Positions 13,575 to 27,632 of a stretch of 64,000 bases of DNA are shown piece by piece. The position numbers and the translations under genes were made by a program. A model generated the notes under the pieces. That model was not told the DNA's origin and ran no database searches. It saw only the letters and a list, made by a program, of their open reading frames with translations. The DNA comes from Eledone cirrhosa. Lineage: Eukaryota. Position 1 is the stretch's first letter. Each line of letters starts with the position of its first letter. The DNA lies in assembly GCA_964016885.1 (NCBI GenBank), contig OZ024740.1, positions 431,582,001 through 431,646,000 on the forward strand. Direction: 5' to 3'.

Positions 13575-14510
13575 ATTATATATAGGAGAGGATTTACCGT
13601 ACCATTGATTAGTATTACGTATAGGAGAGGTCTTATCTTACAAGTTGTTAGTAATATATATAGGAGAGTACTTATTTTACATTGGTTAGTATTATATATA
13701 GGCGAGGACGTGTCTTACCAGTTGTTAGTATTATATATAGGAGAGGACTTATTTACCAGTGGTTAGTATTATATATACGAGAGTACTATCTTACCAGTTG
13801 TTAGTATTATATATAGGAGAGGATATACCGTACCATTGCTTAGTATTAAATATAGGAGAGGACTTATCTTACCAGTTGTTAGTATCATGTATAGGAGAGG
13901 ACTTATCTTACCTGTTGTTAGTATAATATATAGGAGAGGACTTATCTTACCATTGGTTACTATTATATATAGGAGAGGAGTTATCCTACCAGTTGTTAGT
14001 ATTATATATAGGAGAGGACTTATTTTACATTGGTTAGTATTATACATAGGTGAGGACTTATCATACCAGTTGTTAGTATTATATATAGGAGAGGACGTAT
14101 CTTACCAGTTATAAGTATTATATATAGGAGAGGACTTATCTTACCAGTGGTTACTATTATATATAGGAGAGGACTATCTTACCAGTTGTTAGTATTATAG
14201 TTAGGAGAGGATTTACCGTACCATTGCTTAGTATTATATATAGGAGGGGACTTATCTTACCAGTTGTTAGTATTATATAAAGGAGAGGACTTATCTTACC
14301 ATTGGTTAGTATTATATGTAGGAGGGGACTTATCTTACCAGTTGTTAGTATTATATATAGGAGAGGACTATCTTACCACTTGTTAGTATTATATAAGGAG
14401 AGGATTTACCGTTCCATTGCTTAGTATTATATATAGGAGGGGACATATCTTACCAGTTGTTAGTATTATATATGGGAGAGGACTTATCTTACCAGTTGTT
14501 AGTATAATAT

Positions 14511-14591
14511 TACACGACTGTATGTAAAATCCCCGGCATGTCTTTGTATTGTCCCCTTTCTTGTTGCGCCCTTGTGGCTAATAACGAAATC
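14511..14591 (+). mobile_element. 81-bp 3'-terminal stub of the L1/Tx1-like LINE, 5-bp TSD AATAT
   Basis: Reverse complement of the 3' end of the element at 27633-29141. Flanked by AATAT at 14506-14510 and 14592-14596. The uninterrupted monomer AGTATAATATATAGGAGAGGACGTACC occurs near 23058 and 25701. Confidence 0.92.
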
Positions 14592-17500
14592 AATATATAG
14601 GAGAGGACGTACCTTACCATTGGTTAGTATTATATATAGCAGAGGAGTTATCCTACCAGTTGTTAGTATTATATATAGGAGAGGACTTATCTTACCAGTT
14701 GTTAGTATTATATATAGGAGAGGATTATCTTACCATTGGTTAGTATTATATATAGGAGGGGACTTATCTTACCAGTTGTTAGTATTTTATATAGGTGAGG
14801 ACTATCTTACCACTTGTTAGTATTATATATAGGAGAGGATTTACCGTACCATTGCTTAGTATTATATATAGGAGGGGACTTATGTTACCATTTGTTATTA
14901 TTATATATAGGAGAGGACTTATCTTACCAGTTGTTAGTGTAATATATAGGAGAGGACTTATCTTACCATTGGTTAGTATTATATATAGGAGAGGAGTTAT
15001 CCTACCAGTTGTTAGTATTATATATAGGAGAGGACTTATCTTACCAGTTGTTAGTATAATATATAGGAGAGGACCTATCTTACCATTGGTTAGTATTATA
15101 TATAGGAGGGGACTTATCTTACCAGTTGTTAGTATAATATATAGGAGAGGATTATCTTAACATTGGTTAGTATTATATATAGGAGTGGACTTATCTTACC
15201 AGTTGTTAGTATTATATATAGGAGAGGGCTTATCTTACCATTAGTTAGTATTATATATAGGAGAGGATTTACCGTACCATTGGTTAGTATTATGTATAGG
15301 AGAGGTCTTATCTTACAAGCTGTTAGTAAATATATAGGAGAGGACTTATCTTACCAGTTGTTAGTATAATATATAGGAGAGGACTTATCTTACCATTGGT
15401 TAGTATTATATATAGGAGAGGAGTTATCCTATCAGTTGTTAGTATTATATATAGGAGAGGACTTAATTTACATTGGTTAGTATTATATATAGGTGAGGAC
15501 TTATCTTACCAGTTGTTAGTATTATATGTAGGAGAGGACGTATCTTACCAGTTGTTAGTATTATATATAGGAGAGGACTTATCTTACCAGTGGTTACTAT
15601 TATATATAGGAGAGGACTATCTTACCAGTTGTTAGTAATATAGATAGGAGAGGATTTAAAGTACCATTGGTTAGTATTATATATAGGAGAGGACTTATCT
15701 TACCATTGGTTAGTATTATATATAGGAGGGGACTTATGTTACCAGTTATTATATTATATATAGGAGAGGACTTATCTTACCATTTGTTAGTATTATATAT
15801 AGGAGAGGACTTATCTTACCATTGGTTAGTATTATATATAGCAGAGGAGTTATCCTACCAGTTGTTAGTATTATATATAGGAGAGGACTTATCTTACCAG
15901 TTGTTAGTATTATATATAGGAGAGGACTTATCTTACCATTGGTTAGTATTATATATAGGAGGGGACTTATCTTACCAGTTGTTAGTATTATATATAGGAG
16001 AGGACTATCTTACCAGTTGTTAGTATTATATATAGGAGAGGATTTACCGTACCATTGCTTAGTATTCTATATAGGAGAGGAGTTATCCTACCAGTTGTTA
16101 GTATTATATATAGGAGAGGACTTATCTTACCAGTTGTTAGTATTATATATAGGAGAGGATTATCTTAACATTGGTTAGTATTATATATAGGAGAGGACTT
16201 ATCTTACCATTGGTTAGTATTATATATAGGAGTGGACTTATCTTACCAGTTGTTAGTATAATATATAGCAGAGGAGTTATCCTACCAGTTGTTAGTATTA
16301 TATATAGGAGAGGACTTATCTTAACAGTTGTTAGTATTATATACAGGAGGGGACTTATCTTACCAGTTGTTAGTATTATATATAGGAGAGAACTTATCTT
16401 ACTATTGGTTAGTATTATATATAGGAGGGGACTTATGTTACCAGTTGTTAGTATTATATATAGGAGAGTATTTACCGTACCATTGATTAGTACTATATAT
16501 TGGAGAGGACTTACATTACCATTGGTTAGTATTATATAGAGGAGAGGACTTATCCTACCCTTGGTTAGTATTATATATAGGAGGGGACTTATCTTACCAG
16601 TTGTTAGTATAATATATAGGAGAGGACTTACCTTACCATTGGTTAGTATTATATATAGGAGAGGACTTATTTACCAGTGGTTAGTATTATATATCGGAGG
16701 GGACTTATCTTACCAGTTGTTAGTATTATATATAGGAGAGGACTTATCTTACCAGTTGTTAGTATAATATATAGGAGAGGACTTATCTTACCATTGGTTA
16801 GTATTATATATAGGAGAGGACTTATTTACCAGTGGTTAGTATTATATATCGGAGGGGACTTATCTTACCAGTTGTTAGTATTATATATAGGAGAGGACTT
16901 ATCTTACCAGTTGTTAGTATAATATATAGGAGAGGACTTATCTTACCATTGGTTAGTATTATATATAGGAGAGGAGTTATCCTACCAGTTGTTAGTATTA
17001 TATATAGGGGAGGACTTATCTTACCATTTGTTAGTATTATATATAGGAGGGGACTTATCTTACCAGTTGTTATATTATATATAGGACAGGACTTATCTTA
17101 CCATTGCTTAGTATTATATATAGGAGAGGACTTACCTTACCATTGGTTAGTATTATATATAGTAGGGGACTTATCTTACCATTGGTTAGTATTATATATA
17201 GGAGAGGTCTTATCTTACCTGTTGTTAGTAATAAATATAGGAGAGGTCTTATTTTACATTGGTTAGTATTATATATAGGCGAGGACTTATCTTACCAGTT
17301 GTTAGTATTATATATAGGAGAGGACGTATCTTACCAGTTGTTAGTATTATATATAGGAGAGGACTTATCTTACTGGTGGTTACTATTATATATAGGAGAG
17401 GACTATCTTACCAGTTGTTAGTATTATAGATAGGAGAGGATTTACCGTACCTTTGGTTAGTATTATATATAGGAGAGGACTATCTTACCAGTTGTTAGTA

Positions 17501-19718
17501 TTATATATAGGAGAGGACTTATTTTACATTGGTTAGTATTATATATAGGAGGGGACTTATCTTACCATTTGTTAGTATTATATATAGGAGAGGACTAACT
17601 TACCAGTTGTTAGTATTATATATAGGAGGGAGAGGACTTATCTTACCATTGGTTAGTATTATATATAGGAGAGGACTTATCTTACCATTGGTTATTATTA
17701 TATATAAGAGGGGACTTATCTTACCAGTTGTTACTATTATATATAGGAGAGGACTTGTCTTACCAGTTGTTAGTGTAATATATAGCAGAGGACTTATCTT
17801 ACCATTGGTTAGTATTATATATAGGAGAGGGCTTATCTTACCATTAGTTAGTATTATATATAGGAGAGGATTTACCGTACCAGTTGTTAGTATTATATGT
17901 AGGAGAGGGCTTATCTTACCATTAGTTAGTATTATATGTAGGAGAGGATTTACCGTACCATTGGTTAGTATTATATATAGGAGAGGTCTTATCTTACAAG
18001 TTGTTAGTAATATATATAGGAGAGGACTTATTTTACATTGGTTAGTATTTTATATAGGAGAGGACGAATCTTACCAGTTGTAATATTATATATAGGAGAG
18101 GACTTATTTACCAGTGGTTAGTATTGTATATAGGAGAGGACTATCTTACCAGTTGTTAGTTTTATATATAGGAGAGGATTTAACGTACCATTCCTTAGTA
18201 TTATATATAGAAGGGGACTTATCTTACCAGTTGTTAGTATTATATATAGGAGAGGACTTATCTTACCAGTTGTTAGTATAATATATAGGAGAGGACTTAT
18301 CTTACAATTGGTTAGTATTATACATAGGAGAGGACTTATCTTACCATTGGTTAGTATTATATATAGGAGGGGATTATGTTACCAGTTATTATATTATATA
18401 TAGGAGAGGTCTTATCTTACCATTTGTTAGTATTATATATAGGTGAGGACTTAACTTACCATTGGTTAGTATTATATATAGGAGAGGATTTACCGTACCA
18501 TTGCTTAGTATTATATATAGGAGGGGACTTATCTTACCAGTTGTTAGTATTATATACAGGAGAGGATTTACCGTACCATTGCTTAGTATTATATATAGGA
18601 GGGGACTTATCGTACCAGTTGTTAGTATTATATATAGGAGAGGACTTATCCTACCAGTTGTTAGTATAACATATATGAGAGGACTTATCTTAAGATTGGT
18701 TAGTATTATATATAGGAGAGGACTTATCTTACCACTGGTTAGTATTATATATAAGAGAGGACTTATCTTACCATTGGTTAGTATTATATATAGGAGAGGA
18801 TTTACCGTACCATTGATTAGTATTACGTATAGGAGAGGTCTTATCTTACAAGTTGTTAGTAATATATATAGGAGAGTACTTATTTTACATTGGTTAGTAT
18901 TATATATAGGCGAGGACGTATCTTACCAGTTGTTAGTATTATATATAGGAGAGGACTTATTTACCAGTGGTTAGTATTATATATACGAGAGTACTATCTT
19001 ACCAGTTGTTAGTATTATATATAGGAGAGGATATACCGTACCATTGCTTAGTATTAAATATAGGAGAGGACTTATCTTACCAGTTGTTAGTATCACATAT
19101 AGGAGAGGACTTATCTTACCTTTTGTTAGTATAATATATAGGAGAGGACTTATCTTACCATTGGTTAGTATTATATATAGGAGAGGAGTTATCCTACCAG
19201 TTGTTAGTATTATATATAGGAGAGGACTTATTTTACGTTGGTTAGTATTATATATAGGTGAGGACTTATCATACCAGTTGTTAGTATTATATATAGGAGA
19301 GGACGTATCTTACCAGTTATAAGTATTATATATAGGAGAGGACTTATCTTACCAGTGGTTACTATTATATATAGGAGAGGACTATCTTACCAGTTGTTAG
19401 TATTATAGATAGGAGAGGATTTACCGTACCATTGCTTAGTATTATATATAGGAGGGGACTTATCTTACCAGTTGTTAGTATTATATAAAGGAGAGGACTT
19501 ATCTTACCATTGGTTAGTATTATATGTAGGAGGGGACTTATCTTACCAGTTGTTAGGATTATATATAGGAGAGGACTATCTTACCACTTGTTAGTATTAT
19601 ATAAGGAGAGGATTTACCGTTCCATTGCTTAGTATTATATATAGGAGGGGACATATCTTACCAGTTGTTAGTATTATATATGGGAGAGGACTTATCTTAC
19701 CAGTTGTTAGTATAATAT

Positions 19719-19799
19719 TACACGACTGTATGTAAAATCCCCGGCATGTCTTTGTATTGTCCCCTTTCTTGTTGCGCCCTTGTGGCTAATAAAGAAATC
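19719..19799 (+). mobile_element. Duplicated 81-bp LINE 3' stub (same insertion as 14511-14591)
   Basis: Same junctions at offset 5208. Retains AATAAA where the first copy has AATAAC. Confidence 0.92.
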
Positions 19800-22700
19800 A
19801 ATATATAGGAGAGGACGTACCTTACCATTGGTTAGTATTATATATAGCAGAGGAGTTATCCTACCAGTTGTTAGTATTATATATAGGAGAGGACTTATCT
19901 TACCAGTTGTTAGTATTATATATAGGAGAGGACTTATCTTACCATTGGTTAGTATTATATATAGGAGGGGACTTATCTTACCAGTTGTTAGTATTTTATA
20001 TAGGTGAGGACTATCTTACCACTTGTTAGTATTATATATAGGAGAGGATTTACCGTACCATTGCTTAGTATTATATATAGGAGGGGACTTATGTTACCAT
20101 TTGTTATTATTATATATAGGAGAGGACTTATCTTACCAGTTGTTAGTGTAATATATAGGAGAGGACTTATCTTACCATTGGTTAGTATTATCTATAGGAG
20201 AGGAGTTATCCTACCAGTTGTTAGTATTATATATAGGAGAGGACTTATCTTACCAGTTGTTAGTATAATATATAGGAGAGGACCTATCTTACCATTGGTT
20301 AGTATTATATACAGGAGGGGACTTATCTTACCAGTTGTTAGTATAATATATAGGAGAGGATTATCTTAACATTGGTTAGTATTATATATAGGAGAGGATT
20401 TACCGTACCATTGCTTAGTATTCTATATAGGAGAGGAGTTATCCTACCAGTTGTTAGTATTATATATAGGAGAGGACTTATCTTACCAGTTGTTAGTATT
20501 ATATATAGGAGAGGATTATCTTAACATTGGTTAGTATTATATATAGGAGAGGACTTATCTTACCATTGGTTAGTATTATATATAGGAGTGGACTTATCTT
20601 ACCAGTTGTTAGTATAATATATAGCAGAGGTGTTATCCTACCAGTTGTTAGTATTATATATAGGAGAGGACTTATCTTAACAGTTGTTAGTATTATATAT
20701 AGGAGGGGACTTATCTTACCAGTTGTTAGTATTATATATAGGAGAGAACTTATCTTACCATTGGTTAGTATTATATATAGGAGGGGACTTATGTTACCAG
20801 TTGTTATATTATATATAGGAGTGGACTTATCTTACCAGTTGTTAGTATTATATACAGGAGAGGATTTACCGTACCATTGCTTAGTATTATATATAGGTGG
20901 GGAATTATCTTACCAGTTGTTAGTATTATATATAGGAGAGTATTTACCGTACCATTGATTAGTACTATATATTGGAGAGGACTTACATTACCATTGGTTA
21001 GTATTATATAGAGGAGAGGACTTATCCTACCCTTGGTTAGTATTATATATAGGAGGGGACTTATCTTACCAGTTGTTAGTATAATATATAGGAGAGGACT
21101 TATCTTACCATTGGTTAGTATTATATATAGGAGAGGACTTATTTACCAGTGGTTAGTATTATATATCGGAGGGGACTTATCTTACCAGTTGTTAGTATTA
21201 TATATAGGAGAGGACTTATCTTACCAGTTGTTAGTATAATATATAGGAGAGGACTTATCTTACCATTGGTTAGTATTATATATAGGAGAGGAGTTATCCT
21301 ACCAGTTGTTAGTATTATATATAGGGGAGGACTTATCTTACCATTTGTTAGTATTATATATAGGAGAGGACTTATCTTACCATTGGTTAGTATTATATAT
21401 AGGAGGGGACTTATCTTACCAGTTGTTATATTATATATAGGAGAGGACTTATCTTACCATTGCTTAGTATTATATATAGGAGAGGACTTACCTTACCATT
21501 GGTTAGTATTATATATAGTAGGGGACTTATCTTACCATTGGTTAGTATTATATATAGGAGAGGTCTTATCTTACCTGTTGTTAGTAATAAATATAGGAGA
21601 GGTCTTATTTTACATTGGTTAGTATTATATATAGGCGAGGACTTATCTTACCAGTTGTTAGTATTATATATAGGAGAGGACGTATCTTACCAGTTGTTAG
21701 TATTATATATAGGAGAGGACTTATCTTACTGGTGGTTACTATTATATATAGGAGAGGACTATCTTACCAGTTGTTAGTATTATAGATAGGAGAGGATTTA
21801 CCGTACCTTTGGTTAGTATTATATATAGGAGAGGACTATCTTACCAGTTGTTAGTATTATATATAGGAGAGGACATATTTTACATTGGTTAGTATTATAT
21901 ATAGGAGGGGACTTATCTTACCATTTGTTAGTATTATATATAGGAGAGGACTAACTTACCAGTTGTTAGTATTATATATAGGAGGGAGAGGACTTATCTT
22001 ACCATTGGTTAGTATTATATATAGGAGAGGACTTATCTTACCATTGGTTATTATTATATATAGGAGGGGACTTATCTTACCAGTTGTTACTATTATATAT
22101 AGGAGAGGACTTATCTTACCAGTTGTTAGTGTAATATATAGCAGAGGACTTATCTTACCATTGGTTAGTATTATATATAGGAGAGGGCTTATCTTACCAT
22201 TAGTTAGTATTATATATAGGAGAGGATTTACCGTACCAGTTGTTAGTATTATATGTAGGAGAGGGCTTATCTTACCATTAGTTAGTATTATATGTAGGAG
22301 AGGATTTACCGTACCATTGGTTAGTATTATATATAGGAGAGGTCTTATCTTACAAGTTGTTATTAATATATATAGGAGAGGACTTATTTTACATTGGTTA
22401 GTATTTTATATAGGAGAGGACGAATCTTACCAGTTGTAATATTATATATAGGAGAGGATTTATTTACCAGTTGTTAGTATAATATATAAGTGAGGACTTA
22501 TCTTACCAGTTGTTAGTATTATATATAGGAGAGGACGTATCTTACCAGTTGTTAGTATTATATATAGGAGAGTACTTATCTTACCAGTGGTTACTATTAT
22601 ATATAGGAGGGGACTTATGTTACCAGTTATTATATTATATATAGGAGAGGACTTATCTTACCATTTGTTCGTATTATATATAGGAGAGGACTTATCTTAC

Positions 22701-25700
22701 CATTGGTTAGTATTATATATAGGAGAGGATTTACCATACCATTGCTTAGTATTATATATAGGAGGGGACTTATCTTACCAGTTGTTAGTATTATATATAG
22801 GAGATGACTTATCTTACCATTGGTTAGTATTATATGTAGGAGGGGAATTATCTTACCAGTTGTTAGTATTATATATAGGAGAGGACAACTTACCAGTTGT
22901 TAGTATTATATACAGGAGAGGATTTAACTTTCCATTTGTCAGTATTATATATAGGAGAGGACTTATCTTACCATTGGTTAGTATTATATATAGGAGGGTA
23001 CTTATCTTACCAGTTGTTAGTATTATATATGGGAGAGGACTTATCTTCCCAGTTGTTAGTATAATATATAGGAGAGGACGTACCTTACCATTGGTTAGTA
23101 TTATATATAGCAGAGGAGTTATCCTACCAGTTGTTAGTATTATATATAGGAGAGGACTTATCTTACCAGTTGTTAGTATTATATATAGGAGGGGGCTTAT
23201 CTTACCAGTTGTTAGTATTATATATAGGAGAGGACTTAACTTTCCATTTGTTAGTATTATATATAGGAGAGGACTTATCTTACCATTGGTTAGTATTATA
23301 TATAGGAGAGGACTTATCTTACCATTGGTTAGTATTATATATAGGAGGGGACTTATCTTACCAGTTGTTAGTATATTATATAGGAGAGGACTTATCTTAA
23401 TATTGGTTGGTATTATATATAGGAGGGGACTTATCTTACCAGTTGTTAGTATTATATACAGGAGAGGATTTACCGTACCATTAGTTAGTATTATATATAG
23501 GAGAGGTCTTATCTCACAAGTTGTTAGTAATATATATAGGAGAGGACTTATTTTACATTGGTTAGTATTATATATAGGCGAGGACGTATCTTACCAGTTG
23601 TTAGTATTATATATAGGAGAGGACTTATTTACCAGTGGTTACTATTATATATAGGAGAGGACTTATCTTACCATTGGTTAGTATTATATATAGGATTGGA
23701 CTTATCTTACCAGTTGTTAGAATTATATATAGGAGAGAACGTATCTTACCAGTTGTTAGTATTATATATAGGAGAGGACTTATCTTACCAGTGGTTACTA
23801 TTATATATAGGAGAGGACTATCTTACCAGTTGTTAGTATTATAGATAGGAGAGGATTTACCGTACCTTTGGTTAATATTATATATAGTAGAGGACTTATC
23901 TTACCATTGGTTATTATTATATATAGGAGGGGACTTATCTTACCAGTTGTTAGTATTATATATAGGAGAGGAATTATCTTACCAGTTGTTAGTGTAATAT
24001 ATAGGAGAGGTGTTATCCTACCAGTTGTTAGTATTATACATAGGAGAGGACATATCTTACCAGTTGTTAGAGTTATATATAGGAGAGGACTTATCTTACC
24101 ATTGGTTAGTATTATATATAGGAGGGGACTTATCTTACCAGTTGTTAGTATAATATATAGGAGAAGACTTATCTTACCATTGGTTAGTATTATATATAGG
24201 AGAGGATTTATCTTACCATTGGTTAGTATTATATATAGGAGAGGGCTTATCTTACCATTAGTTAGTATTATATATAGGAGAGTATTTACCGTACCAGTTG
24301 TTAGTATTATATATAGGAGAGGGCTTATCTTACCATTAGTTAGTATTATATATAGGAGAGGATTTACCGTACCATTGGTTATTATTATATATAGGAGAGG
24401 TCTTATCTTACAAGTTGTTAGTAATATATATAGGAGAGGACTTATTTTACAATGGTTAGTATTATATATAGGCGAGGCCGTATCTTACCAGTTGTTAGTA
24501 TTATATATAGGAGAGGATTTACCGTACCATTGCTTAGTATTATATATAGGAGGGGACTTATCTTACCAGTTGTTAGTATTATATATAGGAGAGGACTTAT
24601 CTTACCAGTTGTTAGTATAATATATAGGAGAGGACTTGTCTTACCAGTTGTTAGTATTATATATTGGAGAGGACGTATCTCACCAGCTGTTAGTATTATA
24701 TATAGGAGAGGACTTATCTTACTAGTGGTTACTATTATATATAGGAGAGGACTATCTTACCAGTTGTTAGTATTATATATAGGAGCGGACTTATAGTACC
24801 ATTGGTTAGTATTATATATAGTAGAGGACTTATCTTACCATTGGTTATTATTATATATAGGAGGGGACTTATCTTACCAGTTGTTAGTATTATATATAGG
24901 AGAGGACTTATCTTACCAGTTGTTAGTGTAATATATAGGAGAGGACTTATCTTACCATTGGTTAGTATAATATATAGGAGAGGAGTTATCCTACCAGTTG
25001 TTAGTATTATACATAGGAGAGGACTTATCTTACCAGTTGTTAGAATTATATATAGGAGAGGACTTATCTTACCATTGGTTAGTATTATATATAGAAGGGG
25101 ACTTATCTTACCAGTTGTTAGTATAATATATAGGGGAGGACTTATCTTACCATTGGTTAGTATTATATATAGGAGAGGACTTATCTTACCATTGGTTAGT
25201 ATTATATATAGGAGAGAACTTATCTTACCAGTTGTTAGTATAATATATAGGAGAGGATTTGTCTTACCAGTTGTTAGTATTATATATAGGAGAGGACGTA
25301 TCTCACCAGTTGTTAGTATTATATATAGGAGAGGACTTATCTTACCAGTGGTTACTATTATATATAGGAGAGGACTATCTTACCAGTTGTTAGTATTATA
25401 GATAGGAGAGGATTTAGAGTACCATTGGTTAGTATTATATATAGGAGAGGACTTATCTTACCATTGGTTAGTATTATATATAGGAGGGGACTTATATTAC
25501 AAGTTATTATATTATATATGGAGAGGACTTATTTTACCAGTTGTTAGTATTATATATAGGAGAGGACTATCTTACCAGTTGTTAGTATTATATACAGGAG
25601 AGGATTTACCGTACCATTGCTTAGTATTATATATAGGAGGGGACTTATCTTACCAGTTGTTAGTATTATATATGGGAGAGGACTTATCTTACCAGTTGTC

Positions 25701-26085
25701 AGTATAATATATAGGAGAGGACGTACCTTACCATTGGTTAGTATTATATATAGCAGAGGAGTTATCCTACCAGTTGTTAGTATTATATATAGGAGAGGAC
25801 TTATCTTACCAGTTGTTAGTATTATATATAGGAGAGGACTTATAGTACCATTGGTTAGTATTATATATAGGAGGGGACTTATCTTACCAGTTATTAGTAT
25901 TATATATAGGAGAGGACTTAACTTTCCATTTGTTAGTATTATATATAGGAGAGGACTTATCTTACCATTGGTTAGTATTATATATAGGAGGGGACTTATC
26001 TTACCAGTTGTTAGTATATTATATAGGAGAGGAATTACCGTACCATTGATTAGTATTATATATTGGACAGGACTTACCTTACCAA

Positions 26086-26257
26086 GGCGGTGGATTGGCA
26101 GTATCGGTAGAGGGTCGGACGCCATGCTTTCCAGCATAGTTACGTCCCTTTACGATCTGAGTTCAAATCCCGCCGAGGTTGACTTTGCCTTTCATCCTTA
26201 CGGGGTCGATAAAATAAAGTACCAGTAATTGCTGGCCTTGTGCCTAAAGTAGAAACA
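26086..26257 (+). mobile_element. tRNA-derived SINE (Pol III A/B boxes), with a 12-bp internal deletion
   Basis: A-box-like TGGCAGTATCGG (26096-26107) and B-box GAGTTCAAATCC (26160-26171). Central GACTTTGCCTTTCATCCTTACGGGGTCGATAAAATAAAGTACCAG and tail GTAGAAACA. Dispersed copies in the window. Resembles an abundant octopus SINE (recall, not searched). Confidence 0.9.
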
Positions 26258-27632
26258 AGTATATTATATAGGAGAGGACTTATCTTAATATTGGTTAGTA
26301 TTATATATAGGAGAGGATTTACCGTACCATTGATTAGTATTATATATTGGAGAGGACTTACCTTACCATTGGTTAGTATTATATAGAGGAGAGGACTTAT
26401 CCTACCATTTGTTAGTATTATATATAGGAAGGGACTTATCTTACCAGTTGTTAGTATTATATATAGGAGCGGACTTATCTTACCATTGGTTAGTATTATA
26501 TATAGGAGAGGACTTATCTTACCATTGGTTAGTATTATATATAGGAAGGGAGTTATCTTACGAGTTGTTAGTATTATATATAGGAGAGGGCTTATCTTAG
26601 CATTAGTTAGTATTATATATAGAAGAGGATTTACCGTACCATTGGTTAGTATAATATATAGGATAGGTCTTATCTTACAAGTTGTTAGTAATATATATAG
26701 GAGAGGACTTATTTTACATTGGTTAGTATTATATATAGGCGAGGACGTATCTTACCAGTTGTTAGTATTATATATAGGAGAGGACTTATTTACCAGTGGT
26801 TAGTATTATATATAGGAGAGGACTATCTTACCAGTTGTTAGTATTATAGATAGGAGAGGATTTACCGTACCTTTGGTTAGTATTATATATAGTAGAGGAC
26901 TTATCTTACCATTGGTTAGTATTATATATAGGAGGGGACTTATGTTACCAGTTGTTATATTATATATAGGAGAGGACTATCTTACCAGTTGTTAGTATTA
27001 TATACAGGAGAGGAGTTGCCGTACCATTGGTTAGTATTATATATAGGAGAGGAGTTATCGTACCAGTTGTTAGTATTATACATAGGAGAGGACTTATTTT
27101 ACATTGGTGTGTATTATATATATAGGCGAGGACGTATCTTACCAGTTGTTAGTATTATATATAGGAGAGGACGTATCTTACCAGTTGTTAGTATTATATA
27201 TAGGAGAGGACTTATCTTACCAGTTGTTAGTAAAATATATAGGAGAGGACTTACCTTACCATTGGTTAGTATTATATATAGCAGAGGAGTTATCCTACCA
27301 GTTGTTAGTATTATATATAGGAGAGGACTTATCTTACCAGTTGTTAGTATTATATATAGGAGAGGACTTATCTTACCATTGGTTAGTATTATATATAGGA
27401 GGGGACTTATCTTACCAGTTGTTAGTATTATATATAGGAGAGGACTTAACTTTCCATTTGTTAGTATTATATATAGGAGAGGACTTATCTTACCAGTTGT
27501 TAGTATTATATATAGGAGAGGACTTATCTTACCATTGGTTAGTATTATATATAGGAGGGGACTTATCTTACCAGTTGTTAGTATATTATATAGGAGAGGA
27601 TTTACCGTACAATTGATTAGTATTATATATTG

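Larger units (their letters stand above)
13575..22440. repeat. Tandem higher-order duplication of the 39-bp array (first copy 13575-~18780, second ~18783-22440 with internal deletions)
   Basis: Matching variant strings and ORFs at offset 5208 (13836/19044; LINE stub 14511/19719), then at offset 4356 (16171/20527; 17529/21885). Confidence 0.9.

Noticed and set aside
26086-26180. Functional tRNA gene
   Set aside because: A and B boxes are present but no clean cloverleaf is evident. It is followed by a SINE body and tail, and other copies have TSDs.
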